Shown here: positions 16,337-26,682 of the stretch, piece after piece
Layout of the letters: each line of letters begins with the position of its first letter
How positions within the stretch are numbered: position 1 is the stretch's first letter
Source: a virus
Taxonomy: Duplodnaviria; Caudoviricetes
Length of the DNA: 40,308 nt
Strand: one strand, 5' to 3'
IMG/VR virus record: IMGVR_UViG_3300022178_002955
Location: 1 to 40,308 of that record
Translations under genes and position numbers: made by a program
Notes under the pieces: generated by a model
Told to the model about the DNA's origin: nothing
Databases searched by the model: none
What the model saw: only the letters and a program-made list of their open reading frames with translations

Positions 16337-18471
16337 TGCCTTTAACAAAGTTAAAATTTAAACCTGGAATTATATCAGACATTACATCTTACAGTAATGA
16401 AGGTGGTTTTGTTGATGGTGATAAAGTAAGATTTAGATTTGGTTTTCCAGAAAAGTTTGGTGGTTGGTCTAAATATACAACTAGTACATATGAAGGAACG
16501 GCTAGACGATTACATAATTGGGTGTCTCTTGATGGCTCTGATTTCTTAGGTCTAGGGACAGAACTTAAATACTATATAGAAGAAGGTCAGACATTTAATG
16601 ACATAACTCCAATCAGAAATACTACAAGTGCTGGAGATGTTACGTTTGCAGCAACAAATGGATCAGCTACAATAACAGTTACCGATCCCGCTCATGGTGC
16701 AAATGAAAATGACTTTGTTACATTCTCTGGTGCTGCATCATTAGGTGGTAATATAACTGCTACAGTATTAAATGCAGAATATAAAATTGTAGCCTTAATA
16801 AGTTCTAACTCATACACAATAACAGCTACAGCTACAGCTAACGGATCAGATACTGGTAATGGCGGATCCAGTGTTGTTGGAACTTATCAGTTAAACACGG
16901 GTCTTAACACAACTGTTGGTGGAACTGGTTGGGGTGCTGGACAATGGAGTGGTACAACATCTGGTGCCTTATCAACACAACTTAATGAAGCGTTAGATAA
17001 TAGTGAGACTGCCGTTGATGTAGATGATGAAACGGGTATGAATACAGCAAACGATGTCATACTTGTAGACAACGAACTTATGCTTGTATCGGCAACCACG
17101 GATGATAATACAATGACCGTAGCTCGTGGACATAGTGGCACAGCAGCAGCGACTCATGCAGACAATACATTAGTCAGATTAGCCGTGGGTAATGTTCTAG
17201 CCACAGATGACTTTGTTGGTTGGGGTAGTGCAGCATCGATCACGGTGCCCGGTGCACAGATTAGATTATGGTCACACGATAACTTTGGAGAAGATCTAAT
17301 ACTTAATCCAAGAGATGGTGGTTTGTTTTATTGGGATAGAACCAATGGTCTTGGAACACGAGCCGTGGAACTAAGTACAACATCTGGTACAAAGACCAGT
17401 GTGCCACAAATAGCCAAGCAAGTTCTTGTATCAGACCAAGACAGACATGTGATTGCTTTTGGTTGTGATGGATTCGGTGGTAGTAGCACAGCGACACAAG
17501 GCAGTGGGGTACAAGATCCATTGCTTATTAGATTCTCATCACAAGAAAATCCTATTGATTGGTTTCCGACTGCTACAAACACAGCAGGTGATTTAAGACT
17601 TGGTGGTGGATCAACCTTTGTTCAAGCCGTTGAAACAAAACAACAGATATTATGTTTTACAAATAAAACGCTACACGCCATGAAGTTTATAGGTCCTCCA
17701 TTTACTTTTGGTTTGCAGGAACTATCTAAGAATATAACTATTGCAAGTCCTTCTGCTGCTATTGCTATTGAAGATACTGTATTCTGGATGGGATCAGATA
17801 CATTTTATGCTTATGCTGGTGGTCAAACACAACAATTACCATGCACTGTAAAAGAAAAAGTTTTTTTAGATTTTAACTTTGAAGAGAGTAGCAAGGTACA
17901 TGCAGGTGTAAATTCAGAGTTTAGTGAGATATTATGGTTTTATCCGACAGCCAGTAGTACAGAAGTTGATGCGTATGTTGCGTATAATTATTTAGAAAAA
18001 GTATGGTATTACGGAACTTTAGCAAGACAAGCATGGCTTGATAGAGGTATAAGAAGTCTGCCGTTAGCTACAGGTGGACAATATTTATATAACCATGAGG
18101 TAGGTTATGATGATGATGGATCTGCAATGACATCATTTATAGAATCAGCACCTATGGATATTGGTGACGGAGAAAAGTTCTTGTTCTTAAAAAGAGTTAT
18201 ACCCGATATAACATTCAATGGATCAACCAGTGCAACACCAGATGTATCGTTTACAATGAAGACAAGAGACTTCCCTGGAGATACGTTTGACCAGACAACA
18301 TCTAGTACGACACAAAGAACGGCAACGAGTCCAGTAGAACAATTTACAGAAAAACTAGATTATAGATTGCGAGGACGATCTTTTGCACTTAGAGTTGATT
18401 CGACATCATTAGGAACTAAATACAAATTAGGATCACCTAGAATTGACATACGAGAGGATGGTAGACGATAA
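16336..18471 (+). CDS. Tail stabilisation/nozzle protein (P22 gp10 / tubular B-like)
   Basis: DGDKVRFRFGFPEK.GGW, LWSHDNFGEDL, IRFSSQE, NTAGDLRL, DIREDGRR; 711 aa, precedes the ejection genes. Confidence 0.75.
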   Translation: MPLTKLKFKPGIISDITSYSNEGGFVDGDKVRFRFGFPEKFGGWSKYTTSTYEGTARRLHNWVSLDGSDFLGLGTELKYYIEEGQTFNDITPIRNTTSAGDVTFAATNGSATITVTDPAHGANENDFVTFSGAASLGGNITATVLNAEYKIVALISSNSYTITATATANGSDTGNGGSSVVGTYQLNTGLNTTVGGTGWGAGQWSGTTSGALSTQLNEALDNSETAVDVDDETGMNTANDVILVDNELMLVSATTDDNTMTVARGHSGTAAATHADNTLVRLAVGNVLATDDFVGWGSAASITVPGAQIRLWSHDNFGEDLILNPRDGGLFYWDRTNGLGTRAVELSTTSGTKTSVPQIAKQVLVSDQDRHVIAFGCDGFGGSSTATQGSGVQDPLLIRFSSQENPIDWFPTATNTAGDLRLGGGSTFVQAVETKQQILCFTNKTLHAMKFIGPPFTFGLQELSKNITIASPSAAIAIEDTVFWMGSDTFYAYAGGQTQQLPCTVKEKVFLDFNFEESSKVHAGVNSEFSEILWFYPTASSTEVDAYVAYNYLEKVWYYGTLARQAWLDRGIRSLPLATGGQYLYNHEVGYDDDGSAMTSFIESAPMDIGDGEKFLFLKRVIPDITFNGSTSATPDVSFTMKTRDFPGDTFDQTTSSTTQRTATSPVEQFTEKLDYRLRGRSFALRVDSTSLGTKYKLGSPRIDIREDGRR

Positions 18472-18863
18472 TGTTAATAACTAGTATCCCACAATATATT
18501 CAAGGTGTATCAAACGCTAAAGTTGATTTGACAACAACAAACCTTACAACCTTGTTTACTGTACCAAGTGGTGCTGACTTTAATGCGGCAATCGTAAACT
18601 CTATTCTTGTATCCGAGGATAGTGGTAACGCAGACACAATAACAGTGACACTAACTGATACAAGCAATGCAGTCTTTAGTTTATTTAAAGTAAAAGCTGT
18701 TGCAGCCAATACAACAATAGAATTATTGACAAGAGATTTAGTCTTACAGAGTGGTGAGATATTAAAAGTACAAGCAGCTACGGCAAATAGATTGCATGTT
18801 GTAGCAAGTATACAAGACGTATCGAAGACAAGAGTGACAACAAGTGCGTTAGCACAGATATAG
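18471..18863 (+). CDS. Small tail beta protein
   Basis: TAATG coupling; similar to 6237..6602 (..ELL..LVL..GE.LKV..SI). Confidence 0.65.
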   Translation: MLITSIPQYIQGVSNAKVDLTTTNLTTLFTVPSGADFNAAIVNSILVSEDSGNADTITVTLTDTSNAVFSLFKVKAVAANTTIELLTRDLVLQSGEILKVQAATANRLHVVASIQDVSKTRVTTSALAQI

Positions 18864-18865
18864 TA

Positions 18866-18899
18866 TTGAAGAAATAACAAATAATTGGTATTATAAGCT
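18866..18899 (+). promoter_or_regulatory. Sigma70-type promoter, probably giving a leaderless mRNA
   Basis: TTGAAG(18866-18871)-17 nt-TATTAT(18889-18894) with TG at 18886-18887; ATG at 18900; no SD. Confidence 0.6.
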
Positions 18900-19691
18900 A
18901 TGGGTATATTTAAGAGCATTACTAAAGTTTTAAAAAAAGCAGCACCATTAATTGGTAGTACAATTGGTTTTGCTTTAGGTGGACCAGGTGGAGCCGCAAT
19001 AGGATCTGGTATTGGATCACTGGCTAGTGGTAGAAGTGTGCAAGATTCATTATTAAACGCTGGATTAGCTTATGGTGTTGGATCCTTTGCAAAAGGTGCA
19101 GGATTCACGAAAGCTCCAGATAGTGCAACAGGTATAAGTAAGTTCTTGCCTGGTAGACAAGTAGCAGGTGCTGATTTCGGAACAACTATTGCTCCTAATC
19201 TTGGTATTGGGGCTAAAAATGCTATTCCTATGACAGACATGTTAAAGACATCAGGTAACTCTATTTTTAAATTTATTGGTGAGAATCCATTATTAACTGC
19301 TGGTGGTGTAGGTACTTTACTGGCTGGTGCCATGGGTGAAGAAGAACAAAAAGGATCAGGAATTAAAATGCAACCTTACCCTGTGGGCAAAACTAGGTTA
19401 GGTACTGGACGAATTGGTAATAAACTGTATAATTTAGATGATGAAGAAGAGCGTAAGCAATACTTTGAAGACAATAGAAAGAGACAAGGTGCCGAGGATA
19501 TTGAAGCACTTGCTGTTGGTGGAGAAGTAGAGGGTCCCGGTACAGGAACCAGTGATTCAGTTCCTGCAAGATTATCAGACGGAGAGTTTGTATTAACTGC
19601 AAAAGCAGTTCGTGGTGCTGGTGGAGGCGATAGGAATGTTGGTGCTGCAAGAATGTATGATATGATGTCACAATTAGAAGGAGCCGCATAA
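18900..19691 (+). CDS. Putative DNA ejection/internal virion protein
   Basis: Amphipathic N-helix plus glycine zipper; GGEVEGPGTGTSDSVPARLSDGEFV motif. Confidence 0.65.
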   Translation: MGIFKSITKVLKKAAPLIGSTIGFALGGPGGAAIGSGIGSLASGRSVQDSLLNAGLAYGVGSFAKGAGFTKAPDSATGISKFLPGRQVAGADFGTTIAPNLGIGAKNAIPMTDMLKTSGNSIFKFIGENPLLTAGGVGTLLAGAMGEEEQKGSGIKMQPYPVGKTRLGTGRIGNKLYNLDDEEERKQYFEDNRKRQGAEDIEALAVGGEVEGPGTGTSDSVPARLSDGEFVLTAKAVRGAGGGDRNVGAARMYDMMSQLEGAA

Positions 19692-20905
19692 TGGCAACTC
19701 CACAAGAAGTCAAACAAGAACAAATTGTTAGGTTAGCTCCTTTTCAAGAAGATTATTTAGCTGATATATTTGCAAGTGCAAAAGCACTTACAGGTGAAGG
19801 CTCACAAATGCCTTTTTCTAAACAACAGTTAGCTAGTTTAACTGATGCTCAAAAGCAAGCAGCAGCAACAGCAATTGGAGGAATAGGTGGTTTTTCTCCA
19901 TATTTACAACAAGGTAGTAAAGCTATTGGTCAAGGTATTGGTGCTGTAGGCACAGGACTTGGAACTCTTGGTTCTGCTTTGGGTCAATTACCAGAAGCAC
20001 AACAAGGATACAGAGATCAGCAACAAGCTATGTTAGATGCTCAACAATTAGGTCAACAAGGTATTGGACAAGCACAAGCCATGACAGCTGGTGCTGATTA
20101 TGATTTTGATCCTACATCTTATCAACAGTTTATGGATCCTTATATGGAGTCTGTAATTCAACAGCAGTATGAAGATATTGCTGAACAGGGAGATATAGCA
20201 AAAAACAAAGCAACAGCACAAGCTGTTGGAGCAGGAGCTTTTGGTGGCTCAAGAGGAGCTTTAGAACAAGCTGCAATAAATCAAAATGTATTAGATCAAC
20301 AAGCTAGAACAGGATCACAATTAAGATCAGCGGGATTTCAACAGGCATCTAATTTAGCACAACAAGCTGCATCAAGACAAGCACAACAACAGCTTGCACA
20401 AGCAGGACAGTTCGGTCAGCAAGCAGGTCAAGCAGGTGCACTTGGTTTTCAAGGTGCACAAGGTTTTGGTCAAACTGCTGCAGGTCTTGGTAATCTTGCA
20501 CAGTTAACAGGACAACTTGGACAAACAACAGGAGCCTTGGGTCAAACTGTTGGACAGTTAGGAACAGCTACAGCAGGACTAGGACAACTTGGACAACAGA
20601 TGGGTGTACAAGATGTTAATACATTATTAGGTATTGGTGGTATGCAACAACAACAATCACAAAGACAGTTTGATATCGATAGAGCTAATGCACTTGCTGA
20701 ACAGGCATTGCCATATCAACAAGTTGGTTTTATGTCTGATATCTTTAGAGGTGTACCTGCATTACAGCAAACATATTCAACGACCACTAGACCCGGACCA
20801 AGCACGGGTTCTCAATTATTAGGTTTAGGTATTGCAGGTTTAGGTGCAGCAGGTTCAGCTGGAAGTTTCGGTAACTTATTTGGTGGACAAAGGAAAACAG
20901 CATAA
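19691..20905 (+). CDS. Putative DNA ejection protein (Gln/Gly/Ala-rich)
   Basis: FMDPY, GAGAFGGSR motif, heptad Gly repeats (GQLGQTT GALGQTV GQLGTAT), hydrophobic C-terminus. Confidence 0.7.
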   Translation: MATPQEVKQEQIVRLAPFQEDYLADIFASAKALTGEGSQMPFSKQQLASLTDAQKQAAATAIGGIGGFSPYLQQGSKAIGQGIGAVGTGLGTLGSALGQLPEAQQGYRDQQQAMLDAQQLGQQGIGQAQAMTAGADYDFDPTSYQQFMDPYMESVIQQQYEDIAEQGDIAKNKATAQAVGAGAFGGSRGALEQAAINQNVLDQQARTGSQLRSAGFQQASNLAQQAASRQAQQQLAQAGQFGQQAGQAGALGFQGAQGFGQTAAGLGNLAQLTGQLGQTTGALGQTVGQLGTATAGLGQLGQQMGVQDVNTLLGIGGMQQQQSQRQFDIDRANALAEQALPYQQVGFMSDIFRGVPALQQTYSTTTRPGPSTGSQLLGLGIAGLGAAGSAGSFGNLFGGQRKTA

Positions 20906-23013
20906 TGAATAATCCTTTTAACAGAAGAATGTTTCGTCAAGTTGGTATGTCTAAACAGCCTATGGGTATTCTTGCATCATCTCCAGAGTTAATGACTACC
21001 GCAGAAAAAGCCATGATGCGTGGACAACCTGTAAGAGCTCAAGACGGAACAGTTGTTCGAGTTGATAGGAACAGATTACAAGAGTATCAAAATCCAAACA
21101 CAGAAAAAGGATTGCAACAAAATCTTCTAAATGCTTTGTCAGGAAAAAGTAGTTTTAAATATTCTAATGCTTTTCCTAGCAAACCAAGTGATAGTCCTCT
21201 TGGAGTAGGTATAAAATCTGTTGGCAATTTACTGAATAGATCTCTTCCATACATTACAGACAACCTACTTGCTGCTGGAAAATATCTTGGAAAATCTAGA
21301 GACTATGAATTAAGTGAAGAACAATTAGCTAAAAAAATAGCCAGTGAAAACGCAGGTACTCCAGTAAAAATTACTGATGGAAAACTTGGAATAACTAAGG
21401 ATATACCTCAAGACTATAAAGGATCCACAATGGATGACAGACTAGAAACTGTTGGTATTGATTCTGGTATCTTTAAATCTGGTATGGAAAAAATTAAAGA
21501 ACAACGATTAGCTGATTATAAAACAGGTGTTGGAGAAAAATTAGCAAAGGTGAAATCTGGAGAAGTCACTAACACGGATGTGAAACCAAGTAAAAAAACT
21601 AAAAAGAGTGAAAAAGTTGGAGGAGACACTTTTATTGGTACAGGTAAATTAACTGACGAAAGAGATAATGAGCTTTCCTTAGTTACTAAAGACATCTCTG
21701 CTGAACATAGGGTGTTAGAAGAACAAGAAGGAAGAGCGTTACCATTGAAACTAAGCACCATTGGTAAGGGAATGCAGAAGAAAGCTCTTGAAATTCTAAA
21801 TGATAAGGATATATCAGATGATGAAAAAGCGGGTACTGTATTTGAAATATTAAAAGGCAAGAAAGCTAATCCAAAAACAATTAAAAAAGATATTAAATCT
21901 ATGTTAGAAGATATGTCTGGTACTAAACCAGGTATAACAACAACAGCTGGCTACAACTTAATGATGACAGGATTGTTGATTGCAGCAGGAGATAGTCCTA
22001 ATGCATTAACTAATATTGCTCGTGGGGCTGCTCAAGGATTACAAGGATATGGTAAAGCTCTTGAAAAAGAAAGAGCGAAAGAATCAGAAATGGATCTGTT
22101 AGCTGGTAAGTTAGCTGTCGGTGAGTTCTTAGAGCAAGAAAAAGAGTCAAGAAAGAAATCTGATTTTGTATTTAGTGAAGACTTTACAGATCAAGATGGT
22201 AAAGTTTATAAAGCAGGTGATGCAGTAAAAGCTACAGATGAACAGCTAATTGCTCTTCAACAAGCTGGAATTCGTTTAAAAGATAAAGATTCCTACAACA
22301 ACTATCAAAAGCTACAAACAGCTTTAGCCAAGAAAAAATTGACAGGCGGTATAAAAGTAGATAGTAAAGTTTTTAATACTGATCTTGGGTTTTTTGCAGA
22401 AACTCCAACCATGTTAAAAAACATAAACGAAACAGTTAGTAAAATAGATAAACAAATTTTAGTTGTTTCTGGTCCTAATAATAAAATAACAGGGTTAAGT
22501 GGTGCTTTTACGAAATTAACAGGTGATGCTCTTGCAGCTTTTGATCAAAAAGTTTCTCCTGAACAAATGCAAAAAGGTGAATTTGACACAGTTGTTGATG
22601 GGGCTCTAATCTCTTTTGCTGTATCTTTATTAGGGGAAGGTGGTAAAACTATATCTAACGAAGAACGAAAAATGTTGTACATGAATTTAAAAGGAGCATA
22701 TGACGTTAAAAATTCAGTTTTTGCAAAACCAGAAATAGTTGCAATGAAGCTACAAACATTAAGAAATAAAATTGCAAGAATGGGTGAAACTAGAGAAAGA
22801 GAATTTGGAGCTAAAATGCTCAAGTATAAAGGTTCTTTGTTAGAAGGAACTAACCAACCTACAATGGATGTTATTGCTGCTAGTATTGGTATAGATAAAG
22901 TAAAACCAAAAGCAGAAAAGCCTAGCACTCAACAAAAAATAATAAAGTTAAAGCCTATTGATTTAAACAAAAATAAAAATATTATTACTGATCCAGTAGA
23001 TGAGGATGAATAA
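20905..23013 (+). CDS. Putative internal virion/ejection protein
   Basis: 702 aa, translationally coupled; hydrophobic LMMTGLLIAAG..NALTNIARG segment. Confidence 0.55.
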   Translation: MNNPFNRRMFRQVGMSKQPMGILASSPELMTTAEKAMMRGQPVRAQDGTVVRVDRNRLQEYQNPNTEKGLQQNLLNALSGKSSFKYSNAFPSKPSDSPLGVGIKSVGNLLNRSLPYITDNLLAAGKYLGKSRDYELSEEQLAKKIASENAGTPVKITDGKLGITKDIPQDYKGSTMDDRLETVGIDSGIFKSGMEKIKEQRLADYKTGVGEKLAKVKSGEVTNTDVKPSKKTKKSEKVGGDTFIGTGKLTDERDNELSLVTKDISAEHRVLEEQEGRALPLKLSTIGKGMQKKALEILNDKDISDDEKAGTVFEILKGKKANPKTIKKDIKSMLEDMSGTKPGITTTAGYNLMMTGLLIAAGDSPNALTNIARGAAQGLQGYGKALEKERAKESEMDLLAGKLAVGEFLEQEKESRKKSDFVFSEDFTDQDGKVYKAGDAVKATDEQLIALQQAGIRLKDKDSYNNYQKLQTALAKKKLTGGIKVDSKVFNTDLGFFAETPTMLKNINETVSKIDKQILVVSGPNNKITGLSGAFTKLTGDALAAFDQKVSPEQMQKGEFDTVVDGALISFAVSLLGEGGKTISNEERKMLYMNLKGAYDVKNSVFAKPEIVAMKLQTLRNKIARMGETREREFGAKMLKYKGSLLEGTNQPTMDVIAASIGIDKVKPKAEKPSTQQKIIKLKPIDLNKNKNIITDPVDEDE

Positions 23014-26000
23014 TGTCTATAAGAGTTGAATTACCTAATGGATCAATGGTTGAAATTGATACCGATGATGAAGAAATAGCTAGAGCTACTGCTAACGACT
23101 ATTTAAAAAATAATCCAGAATTTAATGATCCAGACTACGATGCTGTAGAAGGTGGTAAAAATGTGGCTAAAGGTCAAGGTCAATCATCTATAGACATAGG
23201 AACAGCTACTTTTGAAGAACTACAAGCCTTTTCAAGAAAAGGTAAAACAGTTGTTAATCCCGCAGATGCTAAAATAGATTATAAAACTGGAATAAAAGAT
23301 TCGGGTATTAGATACAATTTAGCAAAGAAAGAAACAGTAGAAGAAAAATTAGCTTATCTTAACGATGTTTATGGCGAGGGTAATGTAAGACAAGATTCTA
23401 AAGGTGAGTTAATAGTTACTCAAGATGGAAAAGAAGTTGCTGTTGATGAAGAAGGTTTTAGTAAATATGATTTTGTTGATTTTGCTGGACAGGGAGGACT
23501 CGCTTTACCTGTCGCAATCGGTGCATCAATTCTAACAGGTGGCTCTAGTATATTATTCTCAGCACCCATCGTTGCTGGATCAGCTTATGGAGCAAAAATT
23601 TTAGATGAATATTGGGAGACTCAACAAGGCTATCAACGACAAACCGATGATCAGATAAAAAGAGATGCTCTTTATGAATCTTTATTCGCAGGTGGTGGTG
23701 AGATTATAGGTCGTGGGCTAAGTAGAGCTTTTGGCTTATTAATAAAAAGTAGAGGCCCACAAAAAGTTGGAGATGAAACTGTTGATCAAGCAAGGGCAAG
23801 AATAAATCAAATAGTTAAGGACGGTGGTCGTCCAACCATAGATCAAGCTACAGGTGCCCCGATCCTTGGAAGACTTCAAGCAATATATGAAGGAGTTTTT
23901 CCAAACAGAGGTGCTGCAAAAGCTAATGCTAATTATGTTGTAAATCAAATAAATAGGGTAAAAGGTGATTTAAATCTTTCTGACGAAACAGTAGAGGGTT
24001 TAAAAAAAGAATTAAATGATCAGATATCAAAACAATTTGATGATGCATCTTTAAAAGTTGGAAGACAACAAGCCGAAGTACAGTCAATAATTCAAGAGCA
24101 AACTCAAAGAGTTATAAGAGCTATAAGAGGTGGGGCTGATGATGTTGAAATGAGAGATTCTATTAATCTTTCTTACAAAACTTTTCAAAATCAAGTTGAT
24201 TTAATGTATGGAAATGCAAATAAAATATTGAAAAATCAAGCTATAATACCAGCTAAACAAATACTAGAAACATTAAAAGCTGTTGATCAAAAATATTTAG
24301 GTATAGGTTTTGATCAAACAAAATGGGCTTCAAAAATAAAAGAATTAACAGAAAATCAAAATGGTATGCTTACAGTAGAAGAAGCAAACTCTTTAAGATC
24401 AGCTTTGAATACTGCTGGTTTTGATCCACATCTTGTTGGTGGAAACAACAGTGCTGCTTTAGCTCAAGTGAAATCATCTTTGGATAATGCTTTTAAAGAA
24501 GCTGAATTAACTGCTGCAAAAAATTTTAAAGATCCAGCTATAGCTGAAGGTTTTGTTAGAATAAGACAAGCAAATAAATTTTATAATGAGAATGTTGAAT
24601 TTTTTAAGTCTACGTCAGCAGCTAAATTAATACAAAACACAAAAGAAGGACTAGGTTTTAATCCCATTAAAGATATGGAAGTAATAGTTCAAAACAACAG
24701 AGGATCTGATTTAGCTGATTTTTTAAAAGCTGTAAAGGGCTATGACAAACCAGTAGGAGCTAAAAAATATGTAACCGACACTCTTCAAAAGAATTTTGAT
24801 GGCGTTCAAACCCTTCCTGCTGATCATCCTACAAGATTAACTGTAGAAAAAGAAATGCAAGCAGCATTAAAATTAGCGGATGATGTAAATAATGCTGCAA
24901 GGACAGGAGGACAAATTAGCGAGGCTATTAGAAAAAATTTAGGTCAAACTTGGTTTGAAGAGACAATAAGAAAATCTATAGATCCTAATGGTAAATTAAA
25001 TGGTTCTTTACTTCAAACATCAGTTAGAGCTTTAGGAGACACTAAAGATGTTTTGTTTAAAGCTCAAGAAGCAAAATTAATTGATGATTTTGTAAAACAA
25101 GTACATAATTCTGGAGACAATGTTGATGAAGCTATTCTACAACAATTAGCAGATGAAGGCTTACCCATCTCTCAATCTGTTCAAAAGCTAAAACAACTTA
25201 CTGACGAAGCTGATTTAATTAAAAAAGATAAGTTTCTAAATACAATAAAAACAAAAACATTAGAAGATCCAGATTCAGTTGTTGATTATGTATTTAGAAA
25301 TGGAAGATCACAGGATATAACAAGATTAAAGAGCACTATTAATACTCCAGAGGGCACTGAAGCTATTGAACAAATAGCTATGCAAAAAATATTGTCTAGT
25401 GCAGGTGATCCATCAGGAACAAATTTTATCAAAATAGTTAAGTCAGGAAGTGGAGCGAAGGCTTTACAAACTAAACTAGACAAGATTGGTACTGATTCTT
25501 TAAATGCTATGTTCGGTAAAGAAAGAACAGATCTTCTATTCAAATTAGCCAAAAACATGTCTACAATATCTGACGAAGCCATCGCAGGTAAAGGCGGTCT
25601 TGCTCCTGCAACAATCGCTGTTGGTCTTTCGTTAGCTGGGATTATAGCAAATCCTGTTGCTGGTCTTTCAACAGCAGCTAGTTTTTTTGTTATGTCTAAA
25701 TTATTAAGAAGTAAATCTTTCTTGAAAGTAGCTACAAGTCCAAGAGCACCAGGAGCCGACACATTAGGTTTAGCTTTTCAAGAAGCTCATGAAGCGGTTG
25801 CACAGTTCGGTGCTGAAGGACTTCAAAGAGGACAAGAAGAAACTCAAGAAGTCGTTGAACAAGCTGTTTCTTCTGCTCCTGTTCAAGAAACACGATCCAT
25901 GGTGCCCGAAGTAAATGTTGATACTCAACTTAGAAACATATATAATCAGGCTCGTGGTAATGTGAACCCTATCTTAGTTCCAAACCAAGCAACTAGAGCA

Positions 26001-26018
26001 GCAGTAGGAAGTCAATGA
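23013..26018 (+). CDS. Large internal virion/ejection protein
   Basis: 1001 aa, helical, hydrophobic segments near the N- and C-termini; last gene of the structural module. Confidence 0.6.
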   Translation: MSIRVELPNGSMVEIDTDDEEIARATANDYLKNNPEFNDPDYDAVEGGKNVAKGQGQSSIDIGTATFEELQAFSRKGKTVVNPADAKIDYKTGIKDSGIRYNLAKKETVEEKLAYLNDVYGEGNVRQDSKGELIVTQDGKEVAVDEEGFSKYDFVDFAGQGGLALPVAIGASILTGGSSILFSAPIVAGSAYGAKILDEYWETQQGYQRQTDDQIKRDALYESLFAGGGEIIGRGLSRAFGLLIKSRGPQKVGDETVDQARARINQIVKDGGRPTIDQATGAPILGRLQAIYEGVFPNRGAAKANANYVVNQINRVKGDLNLSDETVEGLKKELNDQISKQFDDASLKVGRQQAEVQSIIQEQTQRVIRAIRGGADDVEMRDSINLSYKTFQNQVDLMYGNANKILKNQAIIPAKQILETLKAVDQKYLGIGFDQTKWASKIKELTENQNGMLTVEEANSLRSALNTAGFDPHLVGGNNSAALAQVKSSLDNAFKEAELTAAKNFKDPAIAEGFVRIRQANKFYNENVEFFKSTSAAKLIQNTKEGLGFNPIKDMEVIVQNNRGSDLADFLKAVKGYDKPVGAKKYVTDTLQKNFDGVQTLPADHPTRLTVEKEMQAALKLADDVNNAARTGGQISEAIRKNLGQTWFEETIRKSIDPNGKLNGSLLQTSVRALGDTKDVLFKAQEAKLIDDFVKQVHNSGDNVDEAILQQLADEGLPISQSVQKLKQLTDEADLIKKDKFLNTIKTKTLEDPDSVVDYVFRNGRSQDITRLKSTINTPEGTEAIEQIAMQKILSSAGDPSGTNFIKIVKSGSGAKALQTKLDKIGTDSLNAMFGKERTDLLFKLAKNMSTISDEAIAGKGGLAPATIAVGLSLAGIIANPVAGLSTAASFFVMSKLLRSKSFLKVATSPRAPGADTLGLAFQEAHEAVAQFGAEGLQRGQEETQEVVEQAVSSAPVQETRSMVPEVNVDTQLRNIYNQARGNVNPILVPNQATRAAVGSQ

Positions 26019-26473
26019 TTAAGCTATCAGATAATTTTTCTTTAACAGAATTTACTAAATCACAAACAGCAGAAAGAAAAGGGATACAAAACAATCCAAA
26101 CGAAATACATACCATAGCAATGGTAGAGTTGTGTCATAATGTATTAGAAAGAGTTAGATCTGCATTCGGTAAACCAATTAATATTAACTCGGGCTATCGA
26201 AGTGTTGCCTTGTGTGAAGCCATAGGTTCAAAACCAACCTCACAACATTGTGATGGAGAAGCAGCAGACATAGAAATCTATGGTGTAAGTAATTATGACT
26301 TGGCAAAATATATAGAAAATAATTTAAATTTTGATCAATTAATATTGGAATGTTGGGATGGTGTAGATCCTAACTCTGGATGGGTTCATGTATCCTACGT
26401 TAATGATGTTGCTAATAGAAAAGATGTACTAACATACACAAGAGCAAATGGTTACACGAAAGGTATTACATAA
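26015..26473 (+). CDS. Endolysin, peptidase M15A family
   Basis: NFSLTEF, INSGYRS, SQH..GEAADI, WVHVS zinc-binding motifs. Confidence 0.9.
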   Translation: MIKLSDNFSLTEFTKSQTAERKGIQNNPNEIHTIAMVELCHNVLERVRSAFGKPININSGYRSVALCEAIGSKPTSQHCDGEAADIEIYGVSNYDLAKYIENNLNFDQLILECWDGVDPNSGWVHVSYVNDVANRKDVLTYTRANGYTKGIT

Positions 26474-26682
26474 TGGAAGAAGGTCCCTTTAAAAGAGCAA
26501 TAGAAAAAGAAGATGATGACACAGTAATCATGCAACAATTTATTGTTTTAAAAATAAAAAAAGGACAACTTGTTAAAGAAACACACATGAGAAGTCATAC
26601 TTTTTTTGGTGACTATCACGATAGCTACATGTCAGAACCCTTAGTAAATATTGGTGACATACCGAAAGAAACAATGCATTAA
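26473..26682 (+). CDS. Hypothetical protein
   Basis: Coupled on both sides by TAATG. Confidence 0.6.
   Translation: MEEGPFKRAIEKEDDDTVIMQQFIVLKIKKGQLVKETHMRSHTFFGDYHDSYMSEPLVNIGDIPKETMH

Noticed and set aside
20380-20600. 21-nt periodic GGACAACTT-like repeats
   Set aside because: Explained by heptad Gly/Gln repeats of the ejection protein.
490-25762. Many minus-strand ORFs opposite the structural genes (for example 5131..5499, 5797..6249, 18500..18919, 25286..25762)
   Set aside because: Antisense shadows of codon-biased genes; no SD or recognisable motifs.
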